A DNA stretch of 64,000 bases from Lingula anatina (lineage: Eukaryota > Animalia > Brachiopoda): NCBI GenBank assembly GCA_051362555.1, contig CM120644.1, positions 6,084,954 to 6,148,953 of the forward strand, written 5' to 3'. The translations under genes were made by a program, and so were the position numbers. Within the stretch, counting starts at the first letter, position 1. Each line of letters begins with the position of its first letter. Under the pieces are notes generated by a model. That model ran no database searches. It was not told the DNA's origin and saw nothing but the letters and a program-made list of their open reading frames with translations. Shown piece after piece: positions 38,145 to 51,899 of the stretch.

Positions 38145-39169
38145 ATACACTTCACACAATATACTAAGTACACTGACGGTGATGATATGCAGTATAGAAC
38201 AAGAATTTAGACCGCTGGTGGTAGCAGAGCCAAAGAATAATTAATTTCAGGTATTTTAGAATTAACAATTATAACATTGTTCACCTAATGTGCACTAATA
38301 CAATAATACTGTGTGAGAGATTTTATAAGAATCACCTGAAATTATTGTAAAAGACATGTAGCAGCTAATATATTCAATAGATTACATTATCAAATGCAAT
38401 GCTCTGCCAAAGATGCTATGACCTTTTCAATATTCTTCAATCTGTATGTCTCTTATAAAGGCCCATTCAAAAATTATAGACATGTGTTGTGTATCCTATT
38501 AATGTCATCACAGCTTGTTTGTATATATAATTGATATAATGTCATTATTAATCAAGCAGGAAAAAGAAAAACAATTGACTGAAATCATGTATCACTATTA
38601 TTTGTTTTGGTTCTCTGAATCACCCTTTCATAAGTAATGAAAATAATTAAGTTTAAAGTTTTAATTAACTAATATTGGATATTGTAAAACAATCAAATGC
38701 AAGTTCAAATTTCCACCCTGCTCGAGGTAATAATCTCCTCTCCAAACAAAGAAAATCAAATATAAAATCATTTCCGTCGAATTTTACATGGTAAATGTAC
38801 AACTAAAATGTCATACTTATGTTTTCAAAGAAAAAAAGGTATTATATTGCTATTTAGCTGATTATAATAAAGATTATAATTATTATTGAATGTCTGCGTT
38901 TGTGAGTTACCCCAGTTTGATCATAATACATCCTTCCTCTTATCATTATCATGTTTATTTTTATCCTTTTTCTTCTTTTTATCATTAACTTACATGCAGT
39001 GCGTACAAAGTCACATGTTTAATAGTACATGAACACAGATATCCCCTGTACCATGAGCACCAACTACCGCAAGAGCGAGATTTCATTGCGAAAATATCAC
39101 ATAGCCGTATTTCAGCTCTCATATGTAACTTCCTACATGTACTTTGTCCTCTGAGAGAAGGAACGCCAT

Positions 39170-40742
39170 TTTTTACTTCGTACCTATTGCTTCAAGCACA
39201 GCACTGCTGTTGGTGGCACAGCAGATGACTCTGAAGTTGTCGACTTTGACGTCACAATTACATAGCAAACCAAAAGGCGTCTCTTTGAAAATGCTCACGG
39301 CATTTTCTTTGATTTGCTTCTGGGCCCTAGAATCCGGGCATTCATAATCGTAGTATAAGGTCCGAACGAGGTTGCCATCTGAATTCTGATATCCTGTAAC
39401 AGTAAAGAGTACTTTGAAGATATACCCTAATGTATTACAAATACATTATTTGAATTTAAAACCAGCACGTACGAGTTCAGTCGGGCACTTGAGTGGTGGG
39501 AGCCCACATCCCTCTCCCTCCACACACGTAGTAATTTGGCACGGTTCTCATGCCGGCTGGCAAGTCGAATTCTTACGGGTTTTGGCACTGGAGTGTGCAG
39601 AACATTCCGAATCCAAAAGTGTCACAGCTGAGAGCTCCGTTGATAGATGTGGAGATCAGGGCACTTGTGGGCTGTAATGAGCACGTTTCCAAAGTTAGTT
39701 CATTTGATCAATGGTATTACCACGTGACTAATATAAGATCTATATGAAATATGACATAATCTTCGGGGATGTGAGGTCCGAGAAAAGATAAAACTGACAA
39801 ATGATGTCATCATCAATCATAAGACTGGCCGATAACGTACGTCATCACCAAGCATAACACTGACCGATTATAATGTATCAAGTAGAGTGCCCCTAGTGGT
39901 ATATGCTAAAACCTACACTCTACCAGTATATTATATAATGATCTCGAAGTTGAAAACATTACTTCGTTTCTGCATAAGACAAATTATGTTTCCGTAAGCA
40001 GTTGACGAAAGAGCAACTTTCGCGGTTTCCAGCTTCATCTCTGACGTCGTAGACTACCTTGTACCGTCCCCAGAAGAACTTCCCTGGACTAAAATTGCTG
40101 ATCACCGTCACAGGTTTGCCACTGTTGTCCGTTACCGTTGGCTGGACCCAGGACACGTGGACCTCTCTGTCCGTAGACACCACTGACACGGACGTCATAC
40201 CGGCTGGTAAGTCGAAATCGTACGGGTTCTGGCAGTGAAGAGTACAGAACACTACGAACCCAGAAGTGTAACAGCTTGCAGCTCCGTTGATAGGTGTGTG
40301 GAGATCAGGGCACATGTGGGCTGGAATGAGCAGGTTTCCACAATTATTTCATTGAACAATGCTTTTATCACATAAATGATATGAGATCTATATGAAATAT
40401 GATCTTGAAGTTGAAACATTAATTCGTTTCTGCATAAGACAAATTATGTTTTCGTAAGCAGTTGACATAAACACGGCGATTACTCACGTCCTACGTTAAG
40501 CGTGAAAGAGCAACTTGCGCTGTTTCCAGCTTCATCTCTGGCGTCGTAACTACCTTGTACCGTCCCCAGAAGAACTTTCCTGGACTAAAATTGCTGGCCA
40601 CCGTAACGGGTTTGCCACTGTTGTCCGTTACCGTTGGCTCGACCCAGGACACGTGGACCTCTCTGTCTGGAGACACCACTGGGTCAACTTTGGGGCAGGT
40701 TATGGTCGGTGGTTGGACATCTACATGGGGAGTAACAAGCAC
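39170..40742 (-). pseudogene. HYR + sushi/CCP (SVEP1/hyalin-like) gene remnant with duplicated exons
   Basis: HYR motif PPTITCP..VSWVEPTVTDNSG..F..GRYKVVYD.RDEAGN..CSF present twice (about 40490-40720 and 40000-40190); sushi-like CPDL..INGA.SC..FCTL.CQ twice; terminal exon YYDYECPDSRAQKQIK..LCNC; frameshifts and an in-frame TAA. Confidence 0.75.
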
Positions 40743-41122
40743 AAGGGAAAACTATATATTACTTTAACATATGTCCATTGAAACCCTTTCCTGTGGATGG
40801 AATATGCCCGTGTTAACAATTATATTTAAGGCTTATGGTATGTGAAGGACTAAATGGACATGTAGGGCCTACTGTACATGTAAGCTAAATTCATAGGTCC
40901 TTGTTGTAAGCAAAGGTAGAGTCAATGTTTCCGGTTTGAAAATAAGAGTAACTGCAGAACACCAAAACTACTCTTACAAATATGCACGTGGTCCAATGTA
41001 TCATCCTTAGATTCGACACTTTCTATGTAGAATAATAACATTAAGAAGCATAACGTATGCTTTTTTTAATGCCATTGTTCCACTATTGACTGGATGTCTT
41101 TCCAATGCCATGATGTGACAAT

Positions 41123-42936
41123 ATGGCCAAGGCATTGGCAGCGGCCTTCACGGATAACATTTTAACATATAGCATCTGTCTGGAAGAGTATCAGGACCCC
41201 CGCTTGCTGCCATGCTACCATACATTTTGCCTTGCTTGCATATCTGACCATGCCAAGGGAACTCTCACTACAAAGAGGACATTTCAGTGCCCTGTTTGCC
41301 GAGAAGACGTCCAGTTTCCACCCGGTGGACTCTCTGAATTGAAAAAGAATTTTGCCTTTTGTAAGGCCAAGGACATAATAAACCAGCAACAAATAGAAAG
41401 AGAGGCACCAGAAAATGTACAGACTAATGTGGAAGCAGTGGCACAGGCCAATGCACAATTGACCATCGGTTGTGAGAAACATCCTGGTAATGAACTCAAA
41501 TACTACTGTGAAGATGATGATACCGTTGTTTGTGGTGACTGTGCATTAGCAGATCATTATAGGCATGGTATTTTACCTGTAGAAGAAGTTGCAAAAAGCA
41601 ATAGAGAAAAAATTGAAAATGCCCTTGTTAAAACGCTGGCAAAAGTTAACGTATTTAAAGAGGCAGTCGCCGAGGAAACAACCAATGAATGTGAGGACTC
41701 TCGTATCAGGACAGCCACTATCAACACCATTGAGAGACAAACGCAGCATATCTGTACATTAATTAATGAGAGGAAAGAGACACTGATATCAGAAGTTAAT
41801 TCTGCTTATGATCTTAGAATGACGCAAAGAGAGGTTAACAAGGACAACCTTGAACTCCACCATGCCTCCTTGCAAAGTGTCTGTGACTTTGCCCAACAAC
41901 TTGTCGCAAATGGCACCGACTCTGATATCATGGTTCATGCAAAGTCTCTCACAAATAAACTGATAACAATGGAAAACATACCAGTACCAACACCAGACAC
42001 AACTGCAGAGATTTCTTATAGTCCTGGTAAGACATCTACTGCTGGACTGGAAGCCATGTTAGGGCAGGTGAAAGTACAGTCAAACCCCCCATCAGCTAGG
42101 CAGGGAACACATCCAAAATCAAGACCCAGTCTTCCCGTTTTCTTAGAGAAGGCAGAATGTGTACATTCCTTCACTGCTAAACTGAAATATGAAATGGAAA
42201 ATGTTATCATATGGGGGGTAGCCACAGATGAGCAATATATATATATGCTAGGGGTTATAGAAATGACAAAATAATAGTATTCACACATGCAGGTCACTTC
42301 ATGTCTGACATAAAATTAAAGAAACCTTTTGATGTAGCTGTGTCACAAACTGGTCGCATGTATATAACATCAATAGGTGACAGATGTGTCAAAGTGTACT
42401 CCACCAAAGGTAAACCGGTGACAACCATGGGAAAGGGTCAACTGGAAAAGCCAAGTTGTATCACAATGAATAGATAAGGTAATGTGATGATTTTTGATGT
42501 GGAAAAAGAATCCATCCTCACATTCCACGCAGGCAGTGGGCATCTCCTGAACACTATTCGACTCACTATGTGTAAATCCCCCACTTTCATCACAGTGAAC
42601 AGGGCTAATGATAACATTGTGATATCAGACTTGGGCAACTGTGTACATGTGCTGTCACCTACTGGTGATCAGCTGTACCAGTATGGCACAGAGGGCAGCG
42701 GTGTTGGCCAGAGTTTACCAGGTGGAGTGTGCACAGACAGCTATGGTGACATATTCATTGCTGATGGTCGTAACCATAGGATTGTAGCACTGAGTCCACA
42801 AGGACAGTTAATCAAATGCATTGCCACTGAGGATGATGGGTTGAAACACCCCATGGCATTAGCTATTAACCCTGCAGGCCTGCTGGTGGTGGCAGAGAGA
42901 AGGGGTATAGTTAAGACATTCCTGTACTTACAATAG
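41123..42936 (+). pseudogene. TRIM-NHL copy 3, disrupted (383-aa RING/B-box/coiled-coil ORF)
   Basis: First RING Cys changed to Tyr (TYSIC); frameshift near the (AT)n at about 42240; in-frame TAA at 42475-42477; remainder homologous to the NHL C-terminus. Confidence 0.87.
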
Positions 42937-43186
42937 ATACACTTCACACAAAATACTAAGTACACTGACAATGACGGTATGCCGTTTAGAACAAGAATCA
43001 AGACTGTTGGTGGTAGCAGAGTCAAACAATAATTAATTTCAGGTATTTTAGAATTTACAATTATAAGAATAATTAATTTCGGGTATTATGTTGAAATATT
43101 ATTATAGTACTGTGTGATAAATTGTAAATAACAAAATTAAATAAGAATCACCTGGAACTATTTTAAAAGACATGTAGCAGATAATT

Positions 43187-44035
43187 TACGAAATTTGCAA
43201 ATTTGGCAAAACACTTCATCTACCACAAGCAATAGACCAGTTGGCTGACTGGGTCAAACAAAACAAGATGAAACTTAATGTAGGGAAGACTAAGTCGATG
43301 GACATAGATTTTACCAAGAACTGTAATCTTACAATACCAACATTGGAAATAGATGGTGAACGTGTAGAAAAGGTCAAAAAGTTTAAGTTACTTGGTGTTA
43401 TTTTAACCCCAAACCTCAAGTGGGCTGAACACATCCAAATCATGTATGCTAAGGCATGTTTAAAGCTCTTTTATCTCAGACAGCTAAAGAGGGCAAAACT
43501 GGACATACAAGATTTATTAACTATCTACCAGACTGTAATAAGATCAGTTTTAGAATATGCCTGTCCAGTATGGGGACCAGGTCTGACTGCTGAGCAATCT
43601 GATTGTCTAGAGTCAGTTCAAAGTCAGTCAAAAGAGAGCCTTAAGGATTATTTGCCCTGGTCTCAGTTATGATGATGCCTTAAAAGTTTGTAACATTAAC
43701 ACCCTAGACAAACGTAGACATTTGCTATCAGAGGTTTTATACAAAATTAAAAAATTGTGAAAAGTTGGGACATTTATTGCCTGAAAGAAACACCCGCTCT
43801 TTACGAAACAACACCAAATTTTTACAACCAAAAGTGAAGACGGAACGTTTAAAAAAGTCCTCTATTAATTACTGCCTTTTAAACTTGAAGTAATTTATGG
43901 AAGCCTTTTTAATTTGTAGTATTTTAAGAATAATTTATTGTTTTATAATTTAAAGTTTATTGTCAATTTTCTTTTAAACATTATTGTACAACTTCAACCT
44001 TAGGGTTGCAATTTTATCTAATAAATTATTATATT
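43187..44035 (+). mobile_element. 5'-truncated CR1/L2-group LINE fragment
   Basis: MKLNVGKTKSM..KFKLLGV..LKWAEHI..IRSVLEYACPVW (RT thumb region); ends with AATAAA and a short TTA tail; absent behind TRIM copy 2. Confidence 0.8.
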
Positions 44036-46468
44036 ACCTGAAAAAAATTATTCTAATATCACATTTATCAAATACGGTGCTTGCCAAAGACACCATGATC
44101 TTTTCAATATTGTTCGAAGTATATGAAGTATTAAAATGGCACATTCAAATTAATAGCCATGTGAATGAATTATAATAACGTTATTACAGCTTGTTTGTGA
44201 TATCATGTAATCTCATTACTTATCAAGCAGGAAAAACAAAAACAATGGTCTGAAATCATTTATCACTTTTATTTATTTTGGTTGTCTCAATCACACATTT
44301 CATTAGATATAGAAATAATTTATATTGAAGTTTCAATGAACTAAAGCAGCGGAACATTATTGTTGATACCCTCGTGTAGACAAGTCAAAATACACATATA
44401 TGTTCGTGTACAGTTACTTTGTGTATTTTGTTTTAATTTGGACTGCAACTGATGGTCACACACATGTAGATGTAGATGTAGATGTCACCCTCCCCAAACT
44501 GAGAATAATGGATCCGTTGGTGAAAGATTCTAAGATTTTTATACTTGTATTGCAAAATAATTCATGTTGACTATATGCAAAGAATCGATCTATTTGACAG
44601 AGAGGTGGACTCCTCACATAAATATCATTCATCTTTGTCAATGTTGGCAGACATTTATTCAAGCTGCAAGCGTAGCAGTGAGCAGGGATGCTCTCTCTGC
44701 CTACACCCTAATTTTTTTAACCAATTTCAGCTAAACCGTACATTTCTGTGGAATTTTTCTCCGAAAAAACACCCCCCCCCCTCACTACAACATGATGCGG
44801 TATGTTGTCAAGACGCAAAACGATTCCTTCCAGTCTAGAGGTCTTCTATTATAATAGTAAGCTATAACTGTGTTACATGTAGCAGCAAGATCCTTAGATG
44901 TGATTGTGTTAGTTGCATTCAACTCACTATGGTCCTGAGCTTAATAAGAAGGTAATTCTCGGCCGTGTCTAACTTCAGCTGGTAGACTGTATCAAACTGG
45001 TGTGTGTCTGCACAGTTACCACACCCCCTGCCGCCCTGCCTTTCCATTGCCCGCTACCCCGCCCTGTCAACTGGAACTGGAAAAATTATCATATTTGTGG
45101 GCGTGTCCCCATACTGGATGATTGAATCATATCATACGTAAAGTAACAACCTTTAACCATCTAATTTATCATTAGGGATTCAAAAATCTGTCTTCTAGTT
45201 TCGACCAGCTTTTTACGTTATTCCTTATTTTAATGTGTGTCCTTTTATCAGCTTACTGCAGCTTTTACCACAAGGCAGTACGGTAATTACATGAAATTTT
45301 CAAATACCCTACTTCATCAATATTAATTATTTTCAGACTTGCCACTTTCAACAATGTAGTCCTTAACACAAACCCAAACGATTTTTGTATGTTTTTTAAC
45401 GTTTTCAGTATTTAAATATCTTTCTTAGGGGTTGGGGACAATCTATCAATTTATTTGTTATGATTGCTCTATGTTTCATTTCTGGCACTGAATCATGCGG
45501 TTTTTCAAAGAAGCATGATGTCTTCGTGAGGAAAAGACATGTTTTGTTCCGGTTTTGTGACTTACCGTGTATGATTAATAACAACCACAAGTTGTTTTGT
45601 AAAAGTTAGGCATGTGTGCCTGCTCCTCGTATTGCTTTTTTTCCTTCACACTATCGGAGAATCGTGTTTTACTGGCAGTAAACAGGTTTTGTTCACATTG
45701 ACTGAGCTTCACCCTCGTTTTTAAATGTATAACAGGCATTGAAGCAAACACGAGTTTGTATTTTATTTTTTGAGGACTTCTTCGATCAAATGTATCAGTA
45801 TGAAGTAGACCTTATATCCACGCGCAGGCACAACAATTTTAACAGTAACAATGGTAATAAGTATATATGTTTTGTGAAGTAGACGTCGTGAAAGATATTG
45901 GGTGTACCCTGAAATTCAGGGGTCACTGCTAACTGGCGTCTATTTTAATAGAAAAATTAAAATCATCAGTATGTGCTTTTGTCGTTCTTATGATAGATAA
46001 CTTATAAAAGGGAACATACAATGTATACGTGTTATCACGTACTTGCACTCACACATTGTAATCAAGTATGATATTAAACTCATCCATTACAATCAAAATT
46101 CGTCTAAAAAGACAAAAAACACACGAGCTTTGTGAATCGTCTGATTCAGGATGTTTTGTAGGAACTGGAGTGCTACGGGGGCTTTTATTTGTAAAAGTCA
46201 GCTGTTTGCCAGACTACATGCATCCACATGACAGGCACATGAGACCCTGGTCTACGTAAAGGACACATGCAGTGCGTGTCATTGTGTCACAAGCATGTTA
46301 TTGAAATTATTCCGGTTTAAAAGCAGAAATAAGTAGGTCAGTGAATAAGTTCAGGTATTGATATTTAAATTTTAGTCTTTAAATTAAGGCCACAATTTTT
46401 TATTTTTATGGATGACATCCTCTAGGGACCACGAATTCCGTGCGAGAGGGCAAAAAACAAACAGTTAA

Positions 46469-47623
46469 GGTAGTAATTAACAGGGGTAGCTATCTTCTAA
46501 ACCGCCCAAGATATACCAACATGTTACATATCAATAGAAAGCTTATTTCAACAGCTTTTCATTTCATATCCTTATTTTATTATGTACTCGTTACGTAATG
46601 AGATATAATGCTTAGTATGTGTGCTCAACATGATCTTTACACCTTAAAAACTAGAAGTCCCCTACAAATGGACATGTGTAGACAGCTTGACTCGTGAGCC
46701 ATCACTGGGATCAACAAGAATGCGCCTCAAATTAGCGATATGTGTTAAATTAGCAGAGATATCAAAATAAACCTGTTTTCCAGTTCAAGGAGACCCCCTA
46801 GCCTAACTAAAGCACACGTAAGTTAAGTTGTTATGAAATCCCAGACACACATTTTCAGACAAACATTAGATCTAACGAATGAATGCCAGCTTTCATCGGT
46901 TGAGAGTTCTAATTAATTTTGACACTGGTCTAAATTGTTCTCTTGAAGCCATAAACTGAAGCGGAGAATTCAGCCTTTTAGTGCTCCCCGGAGATTCCAA
47001 GATTATATAATCAGTGAGCTGCATTGGCAAGCTGAGAAATTTAGTTATTTATACTGGTTCAGTCCTCTACACACTGCCTATGTAACTGTCCCTATGTCTT
47101 TCATCCATTTTCAACATTATTATTGAACATTTTCAACCGGAAGCCCCCTCCATGCATTGACAGCAGCCACCATGTTAGTCGTGACGTCAGCCTTCTTCAC
47201 CACGTGACACCTAGGGGGAGTGCCTTTGCCCATATACGTCTCATCTATATGTCTGCTTTTTAGAGCTTTAGTAGATCGTCAGAATTAAGTTCACTGATAA
47301 ATTAAAAATGAAAAGTATTGTTTGGCAATTGAAAGCGGACGTTACTCACAGAATGTGAAAGGCTTAGCAGCAATCTAGTACGGGAAATATACAGCTGCAC
47401 AGTGGAGGTGCCAATCAAACACATATATGGACAAGTGGGACCTACTTTAAAACTCAGACATGCTACCACATGGGTAAATCAGCAATTAGGCTAAAATTAC
47501 GGGTTTATTTGTAAACTTCCATTATTTTAAGATAGGCTGATATGTAGTTGATATTTCATCTATCTAATACTGACAAATTCAGAAAAACACCCACATTTTG
47601 GCCATTTACTGTTAATTGCATCC
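46469..47623. mobile_element. TTAA-targeting non-autonomous DNA transposon (Kolobok-like)
   Basis: GGTAGTAATTAACAG...CTGTTAATTGCATCC, TTAA TSD; empty site CAGTTAAGGTGAAAATG at about 32333. Confidence 0.82.
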
Positions 47624-48526
47624 TTAAGGTGAAAATGAATGCTTTTGGATGGACATATGCAACACAGCAGCAATGAGGTTCACAATAAATTTTAACCTCT
47701 ATATGGCCTCCTTTCTTTATTAAGAGCTTGTTAAGTTTGGGAAATAGAATCCCTTTTTGCCAATATTTCAACAGCAGTCTGCTGTCCTCTTCAAAGGGGA
47801 GAAGTTACTAGAAGTAGATTGAGGTGAGGGTGTGTAGTTTAACCAATACAGGTGTTATGAATCATCCTGGTCTCAGTACTCAGGAAAAATGCAATATAAA
47901 AATTACTATATGAAGTAATTTACTAGTACTGTCCTCTTTTTAATAATATTCCAGACTTTTGTAAGGGACGCGGTGGCGCCCCTTAGGATGTCGCACCCCA
48001 CTTAAGATGTCTCGCACCTTTTTTTTGGTATCTAGTTACGATATCTAGTTAATATCTACTTAATATCTAGGCAATATTTCAAAATTAAAATTAAAGTAAA
48101 TAGGCGATATCACCGGTATAAATAATGTCGAGATTTGGATAAAAAATGAGCAGGTGTTGTGAAAACTAGGAATAACCTAGGCAGTGCGAATAAAGCTGCT
48201 TGGAAATCCACGAATCTTGTTTTTTGTTTTTAATGGCCGACAGCTGTTAAAGAACTTTACAGCTTCCTTGGACAAATATAGCATTTTAACGTGGTCAATT
48301 GTAATACAAGTATAAGAGGTACAGTGTAGAGAGATAAAATGAAATGAGAATTTGGCACCTGTCTCGTTTAGCTTGAAACAATGTATTTGGAGAGGGGAAA
48401 GGGAAAAATTTGAAATTAAGAAGGGCGTATGTATGACACCGTACCCCCACCCCACGCCACCCCACATTATAGTAGTTAAGCTCACACGATGAAATGACAC
48501 AAATTTGTTCTTTGACAATACATACC

Positions 48527-49077
48527 CAGGCCTACCCAACTACCAGACTCGGCACCTAAGGATCCTGAATTAACCGGTATATCGGACCACGCTACCCGTT
48601 TTCAAGGTGTGTGTCAGATCGCATTTCGGAGTATCATACCCCAGAACGAATTTTGTAGCACGACTGCGGGCTCATCCACGCTCGGCTGAACAACCTTAAA
48701 CTGTACTCTTACTTTAGAGTATTCTATTTTATTGTCTCTATGGGGATATATGGGGACTTTACGACATTCGGTTTGAATGTTTTAACCACTTTTGATAGGG
48801 CTTTTTTGCATTGTATTAGATTAATGTGGCAGTCTAAGGTTCATCTAGGTGGCTTTCAAAATTATGCACCCAGTTTTAAAATCATATAGCGATTTTACGA
48901 CAATCGTTTACTATCCAATCAAGGTGACAGCCGAGCATGCCAGGGCTCATCCTGTCGGTGTTCTGGCTGATACTCCGAAATGCGATCTAACACACACCTT
49001 GAAAACGGGTAGTGTGGTCCGATATACCGGTTAATTCAGGATCCTTAGGTGCCGAGTCTGGTAGTTGGGTAGGCCTT
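48527..49077. mobile_element. MITE with about 110-bp near-perfect TIRs
   Basis: AGGCCTACCCAACTACCAGACTCGGCACC... inverted at the right end; ATACC duplicated on both sides; empty site at about 33190. Confidence 0.88.
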
Positions 49078-49099
49078 ATACCACTGGGCTGATATCTAA

Positions 49100-50130
49100 A
49101 CTTAGACCACGGTGGAAGTGTAGAACAAAAGACTCAGACGTGGTGTAACTCGCATAACCGCACGTCTCGCATGAATGCGTTATAACCCGCTAAAACACAC
49201 ACATACTACTCATCGAAGCACAGAACCATAAACACACCTGAAAGTAAGTTAATTAGGGACTGAGCGTTTATCACCACATATGAAAAAAGAACAAAAAACA
49301 AGCTGCATTATATTTCAAAAGTGATCTTTTTGCCGTTTTAAATATTATTACAACTTTTTCAATTACAGAAGGTATTTCAATTGTTAAAATTTTGTCGTCC
49401 TTTTCCGTATTTTGCTTCACTGGAGGTGCCGATAAAGAGCTTGCAGGCTGGGTTGAAGATGAAGTTACTGAAGCGCACGATGCTTTTGAAATTCAAAATA
49501 TAGTTGTTTCACGAATATTGCATATTTATTTGAAATGTCTTAACAATATTGAAGCCGGGTGCTGCTGCGACTTAAAAGATAACGAATGATAAGAAAATTA
49601 AACACACCTGGCGGATAGGAACTGCCATCTTGGCGCTTAATTTCCGTTATGAATCTAACCAATAGTCCAAAATCTCTAGATTTCCCCCCTCAAGGGTTGG
49701 AATATAGGTCAGTGAGGGTCGGCCATAGTGACAGTTCTAAAATCACGCCACGTGCGCCAGTCCTTAAAGACATTACATGCCCAGGTCGTATTTTTCTGTG
49801 TGTTTGCTGGAATTCTGTCTGCAACCATTTTTTCAAATTCAGCGGAATGTACTGGCTCTTCGAACCGCTTTGATTCTGCATCGATATCCACCTTATAACG
49901 ATTGGGTTGGTAATAAATCTAGCTGAGAGAGGGTGACGTCCTCCTCCGCTCCAAACATGATGAATAGTGTGGTAATGAAGATAGCGGGGTAGTTGCGTGA
50001 ACTGTTGTTGAAGTTAATGGACCGTGGTCTAATTAAGATAGACCCCTCGTCAGCGAGGGTTATGTGGCATACACGAGTGCGTAGCACTCGTGTATGCCAC
50101 ATAACCCTCGCTGACTCGGGGTCTATCTAT
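49100..50130 (-). mobile_element. Internally deleted Crypton-like (DUF3504-type) element
   Basis: Residual peptide RIPANTQKNTTWACNVFKDW resembles the N-terminal region of Crypton/ZMYM-QRICH1-type proteins; about 100-bp hairpin at 50033-50130; segment absent from the paralog at about 33205. Confidence 0.6.
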
Positions 50131-50760
50131 TACAAAAGAATTGCTTGGACCGATACAATGAATGAGACGGCGTGACTGCCACTTGCGGAAGATGGGCAGG
50201 AAATCAGCCAACTACTCACAGAAAACCACTGACCCATGTCCCTGTTAATACACACGCAACCACAAACCATTCACGCAAATAAAAAAGTTTGGACGGTGAC
50301 CGCAATTAGGCAGTAAACGCGGGGAAAGTCCATTCTTTAATATCACCCCATGCGCGGTGATATCAGCGTGTTCTATTCAAAGTTAGGGGGTTTAGGTGCG
50401 GAACATGCCCGATTTCCCTTTGAAACTTGTATGTATGACAAATACATACCACGGGGCTGATATCTAAACAAAAGGATTGCAGGGACCGATATAATGAATG
50501 AGACGGAGTGACTGCCACGTGCGAAAGATGGGCAGGAAATCAGCCAACTACTCGCAGAAAAACACTGACCCATGTCCCTGTCAATACACACGCAACCACA
50601 AACCATTCAAGTAAATGAAAATGATTGGACGGTGACCGCAATTAGTCAGTATACGCGGGTAAAGTCCATTCTTTGATATCACCCCATGCGCGGTGATATC
50701 AGCGTGTTCTATTCAAAGTTAGGGGGTTTGGGTGGGGAACACGCACGATTTCCCTTTGTA
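50131..50760. repeat. Local direct duplication of about 320 bp
   Basis: GAATGAGACGG.GTGACTGCCAC...CGATTTCCCTTTG occurs twice here but once in the paralog at 33240-33500. Confidence 0.8.
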
Positions 50761-51147
50761 TGTATGACAAATAATGCACTGTTACCCCCTCGCTGGCGCT
50801 CGGCATGCTATCTTGATATCGGGCTCGTGGACAGTGCATTATTTACTACATAATGCACTGTTACACCCTCGCCGATATACAGGTACACGATAGCATTGCC
50901 TCTCTGGCGTTCGACATACTATCGTGTATATCGGGCTCGTGGACAGTGCATTATTTATTATCTGTCAGCTGATGATCACGTCAGGTCAGAACAAGGTTGT
51001 GACTGATTTAAAACTGTGTCACAAATATTAGTCAAGGACCAGATTACGTGCACTTTGCTCAAGTGTATTCAAGAGTACAGTTTGATATCAAGCATTTGTT
51101 CAATCTTAAGTAGTTTGTTATTTTAGTGAAAAAAATACAAGAACTTA

Positions 51148-51899
51148 CCCAGCAGGCATAGTTGCGTTGGATCAACGTTGAAAACAGGTTGATACGTTGA
51201 ATTGCTATGCCGTTGATCTACCTAAATTCAACGTAAAACCAACGTTGATCCAGTCACGTCGAAACACCGTCATAATGTGACGTTGACTCAACCTTGTATT
51301 TTGGTCATTGACACAACCTTGAAGACATTGATTATATTTTAAAATATTAATTGTTGAAAACGTGATACTTTGTTTATCAATACTGTAACTAACTTTATAA
51401 AAATAATCAAAAAAATTGTTAAAAGTAAAAGTGACAGTTGTTTTGTGTCTTTAGTGAACTAGTGAATTTTCTTAACTTGTTATTCAGAAATACATTCCAA
51501 TAAACTGAACTCCTTGCAAGGTCAGCTAACACTAGGATAAATAAGTTGCTGTAAATGTGATGGAGTGAATTTATAAAGTTAACATTTCTTGGTAACCTGT
51601 TATACATAGACAGGTTGAGGTGACTGTGACTTTGTTATATATATATATATATATATAAACCTTGGAAATTTTAACTTAAAGGCCACACTTTTATACCCTA
51701 CCCTCAGGTCATTTCAATGTCTTTTCATGCAAGAATGTTGTCTTATAACTGGGGTTGATACAATGTTGTTATCTGACGTTGATACAACGTTGTTGTCTGA
51801 GGTTGAGTCAACTTTCAAATCCAATGTTTATCCAACGTCTTATCAACGTTATGGTTCAACGTTGTTTCAATGTTAAAACAACATATTTTGCCCGCTGGG
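51148..51899. mobile_element. Non-autonomous CCCAG-ended (CMC/EnSpm-like) element
   Basis: CCCAGCAGGCA...TGCCCGCTGGG, TA TSD; empty site GAACTTATTTGGGTAAAAA in the paralogous unit at about 33810. Confidence 0.88.

Noticed and set aside
37211-38173. Antisense ORFs over the TRIM genes (also over copies 1, 3 and 4)
   Set aside because: Shadow frames of the sense-strand coding sequence.
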